From Azolla caroliniana (taxonomy: Eukaryota > Plantae > Polypodiophyta): a DNA stretch of 64,000 bases. Positions 12,001 to 23,745 of the stretch are shown piece after piece. Where the stretch lies: assembly GCA_043228905.1 (NCBI GenBank), contig JBHGNT010000004.1, positions 11,470,001 through 11,534,000 on the forward strand, read 5' to 3'. Position 1 is the first letter of the stretch. Every line of letters begins with the position of its first letter. The position numbers and the translations under genes are program-made. The notes beneath the pieces are model-generated. The model saw only the letters and a list, made by a program, of their open reading frames with translations, ran no database searches and was not told where the DNA came from.

Positions 12001-12651
12001 CGTGATGTTGCGTGTCCAATGGGAGAAATTGTGAAATAGTGTAGTTCCACGCACATTACACAAACGATTATAAATATGAAAATTATCCTAGGGCTTCGTG
12101 GCATTTCAGTGCCTATAGAGGGGTGCAAGCAAGATTTGAACCTTGCACCTCCAAGATAAAAGACATTTAGCTTACCATTAGGGCTACTACCAAGTACTTT
12201 AAATATTATGTATTTCTTTTCATATTCAAAAGGCATAAGAAAACAACCGTACAAAACCATGTGCAGAAAACCATGTTCCAAGCCCATGGTTTGGTGCATG
12301 CCACAAGAAAAACCGTGTGCCCAAAAACCATGGGTCCAAGCCCATGGTTTTGTGCATGTTAGAAGCATGGATAGACCTATAAAAACCCTTGTAAGGCTTG
12401 TGTAAAGGGGCAACTCAATATGTGATATCATTATCATCACCATCAATATAATCTTCTTCTTAATATTCTTCTTGAAATCTATCTTCTTCTTGAGTCTAAA
12501 AATCTTTGTTTTTTTTTCAAATGTGACATGGGTTTCCTCGACTATAACATCCACATCGTCATCTTTTCAACAAATTTGTGAACGTCCTCCCTAGTCCGTG
12601 GCCACGGTGGTCCCGCTCAAGTAGCACATGCACATGAGCATCTTCGCGACA
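9027..12651 (+). mobile_element. Gag-only (pol-less, TR-GAG-like) LTR retroelement, family C
   Basis: LTRs 9027-9679 and 11998-12651 (TGTCG...CGACA); degenerate Trp-type PBS TAGTGAACCCAACATGA; G-rich PPT GGTGGGGGTGGA; flanks CCAT/CCGG (imperfect 4-bp TSD); the host reading frame resumes after it. Confidence 0.88.
9718..10359 (+). CDS. gag: Gag-like ORF of family C (prematurely stopped)
   Basis: FNGGIVQNFLETY...SWVTFKEALL...FECRF capsid-like pattern directly after the PBS. Confidence 0.65.
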   Translation: MKMDEEYLMEAMSKMIMEYSREGKRRDAAQQVVESVVEQVGYFNGGIVQNFLETYNAEMDSRCVNEAMRLEYFFRVVAEPNYKEVKELRDAHDSWVTFKEALLEAHGYEIPKGQSLYKFDQWVSSMKTHRSAMDVFVEFECRFAQLSERDRRLVGVNKVLLFVKSIDRYERKAIGIQLEDDNGANGLIEDWARVERVCRQHDERKTRFSSTTT

Positions 12652-14061
12652 CCGGTACCCAGATGAACATCCGAAGATAGTACTGCTATTTGAGGTAGAT
12701 GTCGTCGAAGCTGTCACACTGTACATAGTGCTCTCAGAGGAAGTATTTGACGAACCGGACTGGGAAGCCATCCGGGACCTACGACAAGCACATGAATTGC
12801 TAGAATGGGAAATGGCGGTATCTCAACGAGTGAAGGCATCTCAGTAAGAAGAAGTGGACCTCGGTATCGATGGGTCACCAAAACCGGTGAACGTGGCAAA
12901 GGAATTGCCACAGCAGGAGAAAAGGGCAATGATTGAACTGCTCAAATAATTTCGAGATGTGTTTGCCTGATCATATGACGACATGCGAGGATTGGATCCC
13001 CAATTGTACCAAAACATGGTGGCGTAGGCGACGTTACTGGATGAACCCAAACTATGCTGCAAGAGTTAAGGATGAAATCGATAAGTTGCTAAGAGTCGGT
13101 TTCATCCGACTGGTAAAACAAGCAACCTGGCTGAGTCCAATAGTCATCGTGCCAAAGAAAAATGGAGTGATTTGGGTGTGCGTGGACTACCGTAAACTGA
13201 ATGCCGCCACGATGACAAACGCGTTCCCACTACCATTCATAGACGGGGTGTTGGATGCAGTAGCCGGTCATGACGTTTATAGTTTCTTGGATGGATTCAA
13301 TGGCTATAATCAAATCTGGACACACCTGTCCGATCAGGAGAAAACGGCGTTCGTTACGGAATGGGGAGTGTTCATTGCGGTGGTAATGATGTTCAGACTA
13401 AAGACAGTACCGACGACATTTCAGAGGATTATTATGGAAATATTTGAACAATATATTCCAGCTTTCATGCAGGCCTTTTTGGATGATTTTGCAGTGTATA
13501 GCGGAAGGGAGGACATTTGGACCAACTCTGGATGTGTCTGGAGAAGTGTCAGGGATGCCGACTAAGCTTGAATCCAGCGACATGTGTTTTCAGAGTAACC
13601 AGTGGGGCACTGCTCGGACACATCATGAGTAGGGATGGAATCACGACGAATAGGACAAGGTGATCGCCATCTTAAAAACATCGGCACTGACTAACACCAA
13701 GGCGCTGAGCCGTATTTTAGGACACATCCGGTGGCACAACTAGATGCTCCAATACTTAGCGAACTTCGCCACTCCGTTACATGTGAATGTGCATTGCCTA
13801 CCCTTTCAATGGACGGAGCAAGAAGATAAGGCGTACCAAGCGTTGAAGGTGATTTTGTCACAGGCCCCGATAGTGCAACCTCCGGACTGGACAAAAGATT
13901 TTCATGTGTTCGTGGATGCGTCCGACATAACAATAGGAAGTGTGCTCATGTGGCTGACTGAACCTAGGTGGTACCGTCTGGTGTATTACGCGAACTGGAA
14001 ACTCTCAAAGGCGGAACAGAACTATTTGACAACGGAGAGAGAAGCCCTCAGAATGATATAT
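12652..14061 (+). pseudogene. pol: RT-RNase H remnant of A'
   Basis: WLSPIVIVPKKNG, CVDYRKLN, SFLDGFNGYNQI, FLDDF, FHVFVDASD. Confidence 0.92.
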
Positions 14062-14614
14062 GGGTAAAAGCATGCGAGTGGAAACACTATTATAGCTAAT
14101 TAGCTACTAAAATGGCCATAGCTAATTAGCTATTTGTTTAGCTAGTCTTTTTTGTGGGAAAATCAAATATTTGAAAAACTAATTTATGAAAAAACTCAAA
14201 TATTTGAACTTCTGTTTCAGACGTAGTGGAACTTGGGGAATAGCACCATCATCTAAGGTCGACTTCAATGTCATCAATTTCCTGTTTAGCCTAAGTTTGA
14301 TTTTGAACGCAGATGGAGTACTTAGAGCACGAACGTAGACGTAGCTCCCGCAGCAACACAAAATCGACATTGCAGATTGAGAGCTACAACACAGAACCCG
14401 CTTGATCATCGTCCAGGTATGTTTCAGTTACAGAAACCCCAAACATTTGTTTTTTCTTTTTGACTACTGTCTGAACTTTGGTGCCGATTCATATTTCCCC
14501 AAAATCAAATAGGGCGAAGTCCTTGGAGTCCCAGACAAGGATGTCTCGCAGATCGGGGAGTAGCAGCAGGTGTGTTTATATTACTTTTTTTGTGTTTAAT
14601 CCTGTCTTTAGTGA

Positions 14615-14975
14615 TGATTGGGGTTTCTGATTGAAATTTCTGATTAGGGTTTTTGTTTATAAATTTCTGATTAGAATTTCTAATTAGGGTTTGTGATTGA
14701 AATTTCTGATTAGGGTTTTTGATTATAAATTTCTGATTAGAATTTCGGAATAGGGTTTCTGGTTACAAACTTCTGAATACAGATTTTGATTAGGGTTTCT
14801 GATTTCAAACTTCTTATTACAGATTTTGATTAGGGTTTCTGATTTCAAATTTCTGAATACAAATTAGGATTAGGGTTTCTGATTTGCTAAGTTAATGATT
14901 TTGCACTATTTCTGTTGTTGTTGATTGGGGTTTCTGATTCTGACATATTCTGATTTTGCACTATTTCTGATTTCT
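14615..14975. repeat. GATTAGGGTTTCT (telo-box-like) repeats in a probable 5'-UTR intron
   Basis: About ten TTAGGGTTT-like copies between CAG|GT near 14569 and TTTCAG|ATG at 14990. Confidence 0.7.
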
Positions 14976-14990
14976 GAAATGATATTTCAG

Positions 14991-17961
14991 ATGGCTCATT
15001 CCTCCGTATCCGAGAGTGCTAAACTTCGCAAAATTTTGCGAGACAAAGGAGGACTTCCACAACACCTATGGTCTGTCACTCGAGGGTGTTGACCCTGCTG
15101 TCCTAAGTGATAAATTGATCAGTGATGTAGACTGGATGACAATATATATACAGTGCCTAGAGTCAAAGGCAAGGTCAAGTTGAAGCATGTACGAGCCGAC
15201 TTGTACGATGACTACATGAGGCTGCACTAGAAAGTTCATCAGGAGATCCCAATCAACAATGAGTTGTCAGTTTCATTCGCTAGAGCATTTGCATATGAGT
15301 ACTGCAAAACAACGAAGGAATCCAGAGACCCTGAAATGTATAGGGTAGCTTGGGCAGTCTATGGTGAGGCATCGGTAAAAAGATGCCAAAAGATGGGGAC
15401 CTTGGCACAAAAAATAGACAGATTTTGGAGCATGGCAGTTGTTGATGCAACTGCCGACTCCCAACAAAACCAAGGGCATACACCACACCAACACCCAAGG
15501 AAAGCCAATGTCGATGATACAGGTGAGATATTGGTTAGTTATATGCTAAAAAATGTCCATGAAGCCTGTGAGACATTGGCATTTTTTAAGACTGATTTAG
15601 AGAAAGCCACAATGGCTTCTGCAATGGAGAGCAAAGTTACTTCCGTTGTTACAACGATTAGAAATAAGATTCATGTAACTATTGTTTTACTGGTATGTGA
15701 TTGTGTTATAAATAACTTTAAGGGTAAAATGTGCTAATCAAGCATTATCTGGAATAGGTTGCGCAACAGGAGCTTGAATCAGAGGGGCCACTAGATCCCT
15801 AGTGTAAAATACAACTACAAACAGAGATCTAGGTTCTTTCAATGAACCTGGACCTTCTAGGTGTAAATACTGTTGCAGATTACAATTTGGAAAAGCTTCA
15901 AGTAAGTTAACGATTCCTGAGCAAAGTTGGTGTATCTTTCTCAGACAGGAATAATTAATCGGTAAATTTCTCTGTTGCGTTGAAGGAACAATACATTCAT
16001 CAAGAACAGGTAGTTAGCTTCCTTAAGAAGCAGCTACATTTTGTGGAGGGAATGGTAAGGACCAGACAGGATTTGGACCTGAACATTCTTGCTCCCTTAC
16101 CAAATGAAGGAGAACCAGAAAATGATTTATTGACAGTTCAAGCACGTTGCATCGCTTGCGGGTTAGGTGTGGAGGACAAAACTGCGTCTTTGTTTGTTCA
16201 CCTACAACCATGCAACCACACATACCATCTGCTTTGTTTTCAACATGCCTATCGAATTGCTGCATTTTGTTTAGGAGATTGCAGTACAGCTCTACCAAAT
16301 GAGTGGAGAAAACTAACATGTATACCATATTGTAGCTAATAAGCTTAGTCTTTTCTAATTAGCTAAGCCGTAAAAAGTATGGAAACTATTTTGCTGCTAT
16401 CGTTGTAGCTAATTAGCTACTACCATAGTTGATTAAAGCAGCTAATAACTATCCTATTAGCTAATTAGCTACTGCCATAGTTTACTACAGTAGTTAATAA
16501 GCTAAGTGCCAGCTAGTTAGCTACTAGCTAATTTGCTACTGGCAACTAATTAGTTATCCTAGTAGCTAATTAGCTACTGCCATAGTTGTGTAAAGTAGCT
16601 AATAAGCTATCCTAGTAGCTAATTAGCTACTGGCAGCTAATTAGCTATCCTAGTAGCTACTAAGCTATCCTAGCTACTACATAGTTGAGAAAGTAGCTAA
16701 TTAGCTATCCTACTAGCTAATTAGCTACTGCCATAGTTTTGTAAAGTAGCTAATTAGCTATCCTAGCTATTACCATGGTTGAGAAAAGTAGCTAATTAGC
16801 TATCCTCGTAGCTAATTAGCTATCCTAGCTACTACCATAGTTGAGTAAAGTAGCTAATTAGCTATCCTAACTACTACCATACTTGAGTAAAGTAGCTAAT
16901 TAGCTATCCTAGCTACTACCATAGTTAGTAAAGTAGCTAATTAGCTATCCTAGCTACTACCATAGTTGAGTAAAGTAGCTAATTAGCTATCCTAGCTAAT
17001 ACCATAGTTGAGTAAAGTAGCTAATTACCTATCCTAGCTACTACCATAGTTGAGTAAAGTAGCTAATTAGCTATCCTAGCTACTACCATAGTTAGTAGCT
17101 AATTAGCTATCCTAGCTACTACCATAGTTAGTAAAGTAGGTAACTAGCTATCCTAGCTACTACCATAGTTGAGTAAAGTAGCTAATTAGCTATCCTAGCT
17201 ACTACCATAGTTAGTAAAGTAGGTAACTAGCTATCCTAGCTACTACCATAGTTGAGTAAAGTAGCTAATTAGCTACCATAGTAGTTAATTAGCTATCCTA
17301 GCTACTACCATAGTTGAGTAAAGTAGCTAATTAGCTACCATAGTAGTTAATTAGCTATCCTAGCTACTACCATAGTTGAGTAAAGTAGCTAATTAGCTAT
17401 CGTACTAGCTAATTAGCTATCCTAGCTTCTACCATAGTTTAGTAAAGTAGCTAATTAGCTATCCTAAATAGCTGCCATGTTATTGTAGAATCTTGTGGAT
17501 TAAGGACAGCACATGATGTGTCTGGTGTTGATGACGCTGCAACAGATGAGGATACTGCTGCCAACGTGGCTAAAAGTAAGATTCCTGCTATCACATCTCC
17601 TTCGGATTAGCTCCACCCTATTCTTTTGGAACAGTGTACTAAATTAGGCAACGATGTGAAATGCCATGAAATAGTGGAAACAACATGTAAAACTGAGGTT
17701 CACAACAATAGTGTTTATGAACACTTGATGCAACATTTCTTCGAATCTCAAGACCTTGATTCCACCCCACCGAGCCCAACTACTGAAAATGTCCAAACAG
17801 ATCCCTCTGTACTTGAAAAGCTAGTTCAAGAAATGGCTGATGTGCAACTAGCTGCTGAGGCGATGGGAAGGTTGTCAGAGGAGGACACACTTGCGCATTG
17901 GGTGAAAGAAGCAAGGCTAAATGGGCAACTGACCAGAAAAAGGCTGAAGAAGGGGCCATGA
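14991..17961 (+). pseudogene. Multi-exon cargo gene of the Sola2 element with a RING-like Cys/His domain
   Basis: ATG after an acceptor at 14991; ORFs 15264-15737, 15980-16339 (CIAC..PCNHTYHLLC..C..C) and 17626-17961; stops and frameshifts present. Exon joining is inferred. Confidence 0.55.
16335..17470. repeat. Tandem array built on the palindrome TAGCTAATTAGCTA (~42-bp unit)
   Basis: Repeated TAGCTACTACCATAGTTGAGTAAAGTAGCTAATTAGCTATCC. Confidence 0.93.
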
Positions 17962-18194
17962 TCGGGAACAAGACCAGTTACTCGGTCAAGGGGCCCAGAC
18001 GTAGTGGAGCGAAATACTGTTTAGTTGGATATTATTGTTAGCTTAGGGATTTTGCTAAGGTTTTATGAAGTTTTACTATCCTGTTGGACAATTAAAACCT
18101 CAGATTGGTTGTTGCTTGATCCACATTATGTAATGGAACTCTATGATGTTTTTCCAAGATAATTTGAAGAGTGTTGTTCTATGACTAAAACTCT

Positions 18195-19250
18195 TTGATG
18201 TTCAGGATGTTGTTTTGTGAGACTGTAAGTTACTTTGTGAGTGTGAATATGTTGGTGTTTTCTGATGTTGCAAAGTCTAAAGGGTTTGATTCTATTGCTC
18301 GTAAGGCCAATGGAAGTGTGGATATTATTGATGTTGCGGCGTGTTTAAAGGGCCCCATCTTGAAAGTAGATGTAGCAACTGACACAAGTGATCTGGTCAC
18401 ACAAGTTGATCAAGCATGTTGCACGGATGACTTGGTGTTGCAGGTAGATGCAGCATGTGATACCAGTGGACTGATATCGAGCAGATCAGTAGCTACATGG
18501 ACCGAGGTAATCCAAGGATTGATAACTAAGTCGACAAAACAAGAGCACCAGAATGTGAAGCCAGGCCCAACACAATCGACTAGGGGTTTGAAGAGGAAAA
18601 GGACGCCAGTCGTGTCGGCCGAACCTGAGCTGATTGAGATTGATCGTGTCGTACCAGAAAATGGTGTAACAACGGCTCAATTTCAGGAATGGAAACCTAA
18701 ACCACTAGAAGTCAAAAGAAGAGCCTTGATCTTGGAGCTTGATAAAGTCTTGATGAGTGTGAGATATATGCAGCCAAGGAGGGACGCGAATCAGTTTCTA
18801 GATTGGGCTGTGCAATGCTTTGATTTGTTTATTTGGAGTGAAAAACCAAAATCAGATGTGTGGAAGTGTTTAGCAAGATTCTTCCCAAAATGGCGAAGTC
18901 GTTTTAAAGGTCAATGGGCACGAGAAAATTGTGAGCAAATGGAAGCTGCAAGATTCAAGAGACTTTATGATTTTTGGGCTACTTGGCCTGAATATAATGC
19001 CGACAACACATTGATTTTGGATACAAAACATTTCCGGCACTACTTCAATATTCAGAGATGCTGTCTCATTCTACCCGAGGAAATGCCTGAACAGTACCTG
19101 GTGCAAACAGTGAGCTGCCAACTAGGTGCATGGTTGTGGACTCCATACCGAGCTCGATATGCGGATAATATATGTAGACTCGATCCACTGACTAGCAAGA
19201 GCTTAGCTGTTTATAGGAGATTTGTAGACATTTCCAATGGTAATTTATAA
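18195..19250 (+). CDS. FCP1/NIF (CTD-phosphatase-like HAD) domain protein, Sola2 cargo
   Basis: Open 351-aa frame with LILELDKVL, PRRDANQFLDWAVQCFDLFIWS, FKRLYDFW and YNADNTLILD, in FCP1 motif order. True start uncertain. Confidence 0.7.
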   Translation: MMFRMLFCETVSYFVSVNMLVFSDVAKSKGFDSIARKANGSVDIIDVAACLKGPILKVDVATDTSDLVTQVDQACCTDDLVLQVDAACDTSGLISSRSVATWTEVIQGLITKSTKQEHQNVKPGPTQSTRGLKRKRTPVVSAEPELIEIDRVVPENGVTTAQFQEWKPKPLEVKRRALILELDKVLMSVRYMQPRRDANQFLDWAVQCFDLFIWSEKPKSDVWKCLARFFPKWRSRFKGQWARENCEQMEAARFKRLYDFWATWPEYNADNTLILDTKHFRHYFNIQRCCLILPEEMPEQYLVQTVSCQLGAWLWTPYRARYADNICRLDPLTSKSLAVYRRFVDISNGNL

Positions 19251-19598
19251 ATATGTAAAGAGATGACATTATTCAATGAAGAATTTAATTACTTGTTCGC
19301 ACTGTACTTATCTACTGTGTAATTTGAGGAATATGTTGCAGATTGTTGATTTCATGCTATTGATGACTATTTAGCTATTGACAGCTAATTAGCTGCATTT
19401 GTATAGCTAATTAGCTACTGATGACTATTTCGCTATAACTTATAACTTAAAACTTAACAAAAAAGACATGATTTTATTGAGAAAGAAGCACAGAAAGTAG
19501 ACTGTATACAAGAAATTGATTCTCAAACGAATTTATTTAACTGTTTTCGCGAAATACGTGTTTGTTTTACAAGAGAACATGGCAATTGCTACTTGTAG

Positions 19599-22500
19599 CT
19601 ACAAATTCCCTGGCATACTATTGTAAATACATTCATACACATTAGCACCAACAATGTATAAACCTGAGCAGCTATTGTATTCTAACATTGGGACGTTGAT
19701 GCACCTGACCAAATGAGAGTACATGTATGCCGCTAGTTTGTCTTCTAGTAGCCTGTACACATATTCATAGTCATCTAGTTTTGCATAAAAAATGCCTTCC
19801 ATGTAGAATGTCCCGGCAGATACAAAATTTCCCCATGCATCTACAATATTCTGGCTTGCGCACTGTTTACTAACCGTGCACTTCAATATATAGAAATCAA
19901 CACCCTCTAAATTGCCTTCTTCAGCATTTACAGCGAAGTTATCCCCAACGTTCAAGACATCACTCAAAGTATCTCCAAGTCCCTCATATGTGAAGTCAGC
20001 ATTCTGCCCTGTTTCTCCATCAACTGCTTCCTTATCATTCAAAGGGTGATACTCCCAATTCTGAATGTATGCTTTGTTTAGAGAATATCTCCAATTTCCC
20101 TGCACACAATGGAAGCAAAAACAAGTCAATTCTCTAACCACAATACAATGACCATCCAACCTGGAATAACCGCGAACAACATGCAGAGATCGCAATTCGG
20201 GAATTCCTTGGCACTCCTAGGTCTTCTCCCTATTTACTTCATCTATCTTCACTTCCCAAAATTCACGTTTGATATCTCGGACTTGCGAGGAATAAACACT
20301 TGTTGCACTCGTTGACATATTTGTTCTTAAAAATTCAACTACATGTGATGCACAATTCATGTGCACACCATCTGTCTTTAGTTGCTCATGGGTAAGTGCC
20401 CACTTTATAACAGCCCCTGCACCATCATGTTCACCTTTACCATGGCCAGACCCAAAAAAATTCCATCTCATCTCCAAACCTGTTATAGCAGGATACCTCC
20501 CCACAAAATAAAATGGATGTCGTCGAGTCTTGAATTGTGATGCAACTCCGTCAGACCAAACCCAATGTTGAGTAAGCTCCAAACGTTGAGCTAATAACCA
20601 CTGCCAATGTAACTTAAAATAGTGTTGGACAAACAAGGTATCATGCTTCTTATCATCAGAAATAAAGAAATGAATTACTTTTTTAACATCACCTGAAACT
20701 CGAAAATATGTTATGTGCACAAAAATGGTTACCTGAACTTAACACCAATGCATAGATTGAATTTCATTCTACTGCATGAAAGTATAATTCTCTACGAAAT
20801 CTACTACTGAGACTACTACATCATTTGGGAAATCAGATATGCAAGTCTTAAACTGATGGGCCTGCCATGAATAAATGAAGTTGTGTTTAATGAACTTTCC
20901 TAGAGATACTACAAACAAAGACACCAAATCCCTTGGTATAAGCATCTTCCGAACTAGATCCTTTCTTTTACACACCTTTCCTTCGAAATTGGTGTTCATT
21001 GACTCAAATAACTTCACAGAGATCAATATTTCACTACTCAATTCATTTGGACACCACCTAAATCTAGTAGGGCCACAATCTTGACATAAACCCATGACAC
21101 ATTTATGAATATGGAAGATAGCGTCAGTTTCTCTCGAACACAATATTGAATCTAATAAATAGCTCATGGAAGAGATAACGTGCTCAGATGATTTACACTC
21201 CTCTTGCGGGCTTGATCGACAGATTGGGCACCCACATGTGCAAACTGTATTAGTTAGGGATGCGCTATGGTGACGTAGTAGATTAACATAGTCCTTGAGA
21301 AAACCCATTTGTACATAGTAAATGCAACAACATGTGTATCGATCCTTTAAGCATCTCACAAAGTGTGGCTTTAGAGACTCGAATGTTCATAGTTGAACTT
21401 TGATATTTGGATGCATTCGTTTGAACCTAATAAATAAATCGACCTGCGTAATAAAGGGGAATTAGTTATTCTCGTAACTAGCTAACTATCCTAGTAGTTA
21501 ATTAGCTGTCCTAGTAGCTAATTAGTTATCATGGTAGCTAATTAGCTACAAGGACAACTAATTAGCAATTCTAGTAGCTAATTAGTTGTCATGGTAGCTA
21601 AAAAGCTATCCTAGTAGCTAATTAGCTATCATGGTGGCTAATTAGATGTCCTAGTAGCTAATTAGCTTTCCTAGTAACTAATTATCTATCATGGTAGCTA
21701 ATTAGCTGGTCTAGTAGCTAAGTAGCTATCATTGTGGCTAATTAGTTATCCTAGTAGCTAATTAGCTATCATGGTAGCTAATTAACTGCCCTGGTAGCTA
21801 ATTAGCTGGTAATAACGAAATTAGCTATCCTAGTAGCTAATTAGCTGTCCTAGTGGCTAGTTAGCTATTTTGGTAGCTAATTATCTGGTAGTAACTAAAT
21901 TAGCTATTGAGAATAGCTAATTAGCTATCATGGTAGTAGCTATTGAGAGTAGCCAGTGACCTATGTAGTAGCTATCCTAGTAGCTAACTGAGGTAAATGT
22001 AATTGATAAGCTAATTAGCTTTTCTGCTAACTGAGCTAATTAACTTTCCGTGAAGAGTCAAAACAAATGTTGAGATAAATGTAAATACTTGAGGTACATC
22101 AAGAGGATGAATGGGATGCTCCTCATATTGATTTCTTCCAACACGTTTCCTGCATAAATGCTTTTTATTGGGTGAAACCCTACTCTCATTAGTCCAAAAC
22201 ATTGTGATTACATCCTTGATTTCAAATGTTATGGGTGTCATTGGCTTACATCTTGTAGTTAGTTTTAGTAGACTAGTTCCTTCACCCAAGGAAATTATAT
22301 GGTTCATTGTATTGTACACTGTTTTTCTACTAACACCAATTACCTTAGATAGCTCACTAATGTTTATATCGTCAACATCACTATTAAGTAACATCATTAG
22401 ACTAGAACTTTTTAAGACAAGATCATCTTCTGACCTGCTCATGGATACGAAACTATTACGAAGATTATTTACTAAAATAGATGATATGTTTGCATTAAGA

Positions 22501-22838
22501 CCATCACAATCAAGTAAGTCCTTTATCGATGGATCATTACATATTCCATAAAGTACTACCTTCTTTTCTTCATTGCTGATGTGCTTGGTTTGAACATTGA
22601 AATAGTCTACAACCTTTCTCTCTATGATGGTAGTCACATTACTTACATTCTCAGCTAAACTATCCTTACCTTTACTGAGTGTGGCTTTTGTATCCTTCAA
22701 CAATTGACGATGTTTCCTTTTTTTTTCTGCCCAATAGTTTCGTATGGCTTGTTGTGTCCTGATAGCATCATTCCTATCCTTATGATCATTGAGGGGTAAT
22801 TCTAAACACCCTTCTTCCCCTTCCATTTGGCTGGACAT
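19599..22838 (-). pseudogene. Sola2-type DDD transposase, one intron (22088-21444), several nonsense mutations
   Basis: Splicing CAA|GTATTT...TACGCAG|GTC joins ORF 22838 in frame to FESLKPHFVRCLKDRYTCCC; then VDFVENY, SDDKKHD, WSDG..QFK, HGKGEHDGAG and CFCFHC. Confidence 0.85.
21470..22040. repeat. TAGCTAATTAGCTA-based ~20-bp tandem array in the transposase intron
   Basis: Repeated GTAGCTAATTAGCTATCCTA / ATCATGGTAGCTAATTAGCT. Confidence 0.92.
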
Positions 22839-23169
22839 ATTAAAACCCTAAATTTCCAGAAAAAAAAACAAGTATTTAAGATGGCTATGGGCAACAACAA
22901 TACACAAAAGTATTCCACAATACACAAGATTAGACACAACAATACACAAGATAATCAATAGATAGAAAAGTTATTGCAATCCAAGACCGAACAGTAGAGG
23001 AGTTCACTCCGTTGGATCGAACAGTTGAGGAGGCGATCCAGGACCTACCAATGGCGACAACTAAGTGTAGAATGTTGCTGTTGGATGAGTGAACTCTGTC
23101 AAATCGAAATGTGGAAGCAATCCAGGACTGGACAGTAGCGGCAACTGAGTGTAGAATGATGGCAATGGA

Positions 23170-23745
23170 GGAGAGAACCCCGTCAGATTGAACAGTTACC
23201 GATGATGCTCGGAACGCGCAGAGAAGGTACCTGAGAGTAGAGTGGCACAGAGAAGAGAACCCCGTCAGATTCAACAACTCTTTGATGATGCTTGGAACGC
23301 ACAGTAGCGGCCCCTGAGTGTAGAGTGGCACAGAGAAGAGAACCCCGTCAGATTGAATAGCTCTTTGATGATGCTTGGAACGCACAGTAGAGGCCCTTGA
23401 GTGTAGAGTGGCACAGAGAAGAGAACCCCGTCAGATTGAACAACTCTTTGATGATGCTTGGAATTCACAATAGCGGCCCCTGAGTGTAGAGTGGCAGAGA
23501 GAAGAGAACCCCGTCAGATTGAACAACTCTTTGATGATGCTTGGAACGCACAGTAGCGGCCCCTGAGTGTAGAGTGGCACAGAGAAGAGAACCCCGTCAG
23601 ATTGAACAACTCTTTGATGATGCTTCGAACGCATAGTAGCAGCCCCTGAGTGTAGAGTGGCACAGAGAAGAGAACCTCGTCAGATTGAACAGCTCTTTGA
23701 TGATGCTTGGAACGCATAGTAGCGGCCCCTGAGGGTAGAGTGGCG
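23170..23745. repeat. 83-bp tandem repeat (about 7 copies) upstream of the transposase
   Basis: GAGAACCCCGTCAGATTGAACAACTCTTTGATGATGCTTGGAACGCACAGTAGCGGCCCCTGAGTGTAGAGTGGCACAGAGAA recurs every 83 bp. Confidence 0.93.

Noticed and set aside
14615-14975. Interstitial telomere
   Set aside because: TTAGGGTTT copies are dispersed in longer units rather than tandem TTTAGGG.
22930-23717. Repeated short ORFs (MRSKHHQR...)
   Set aside because: Translations of the 83-bp tandem repeat.
23170-23745. CRISPR-like regular repeats
   Set aside because: Units are contiguous with no unique spacers, there are no cas genes, and the context is eukaryotic.
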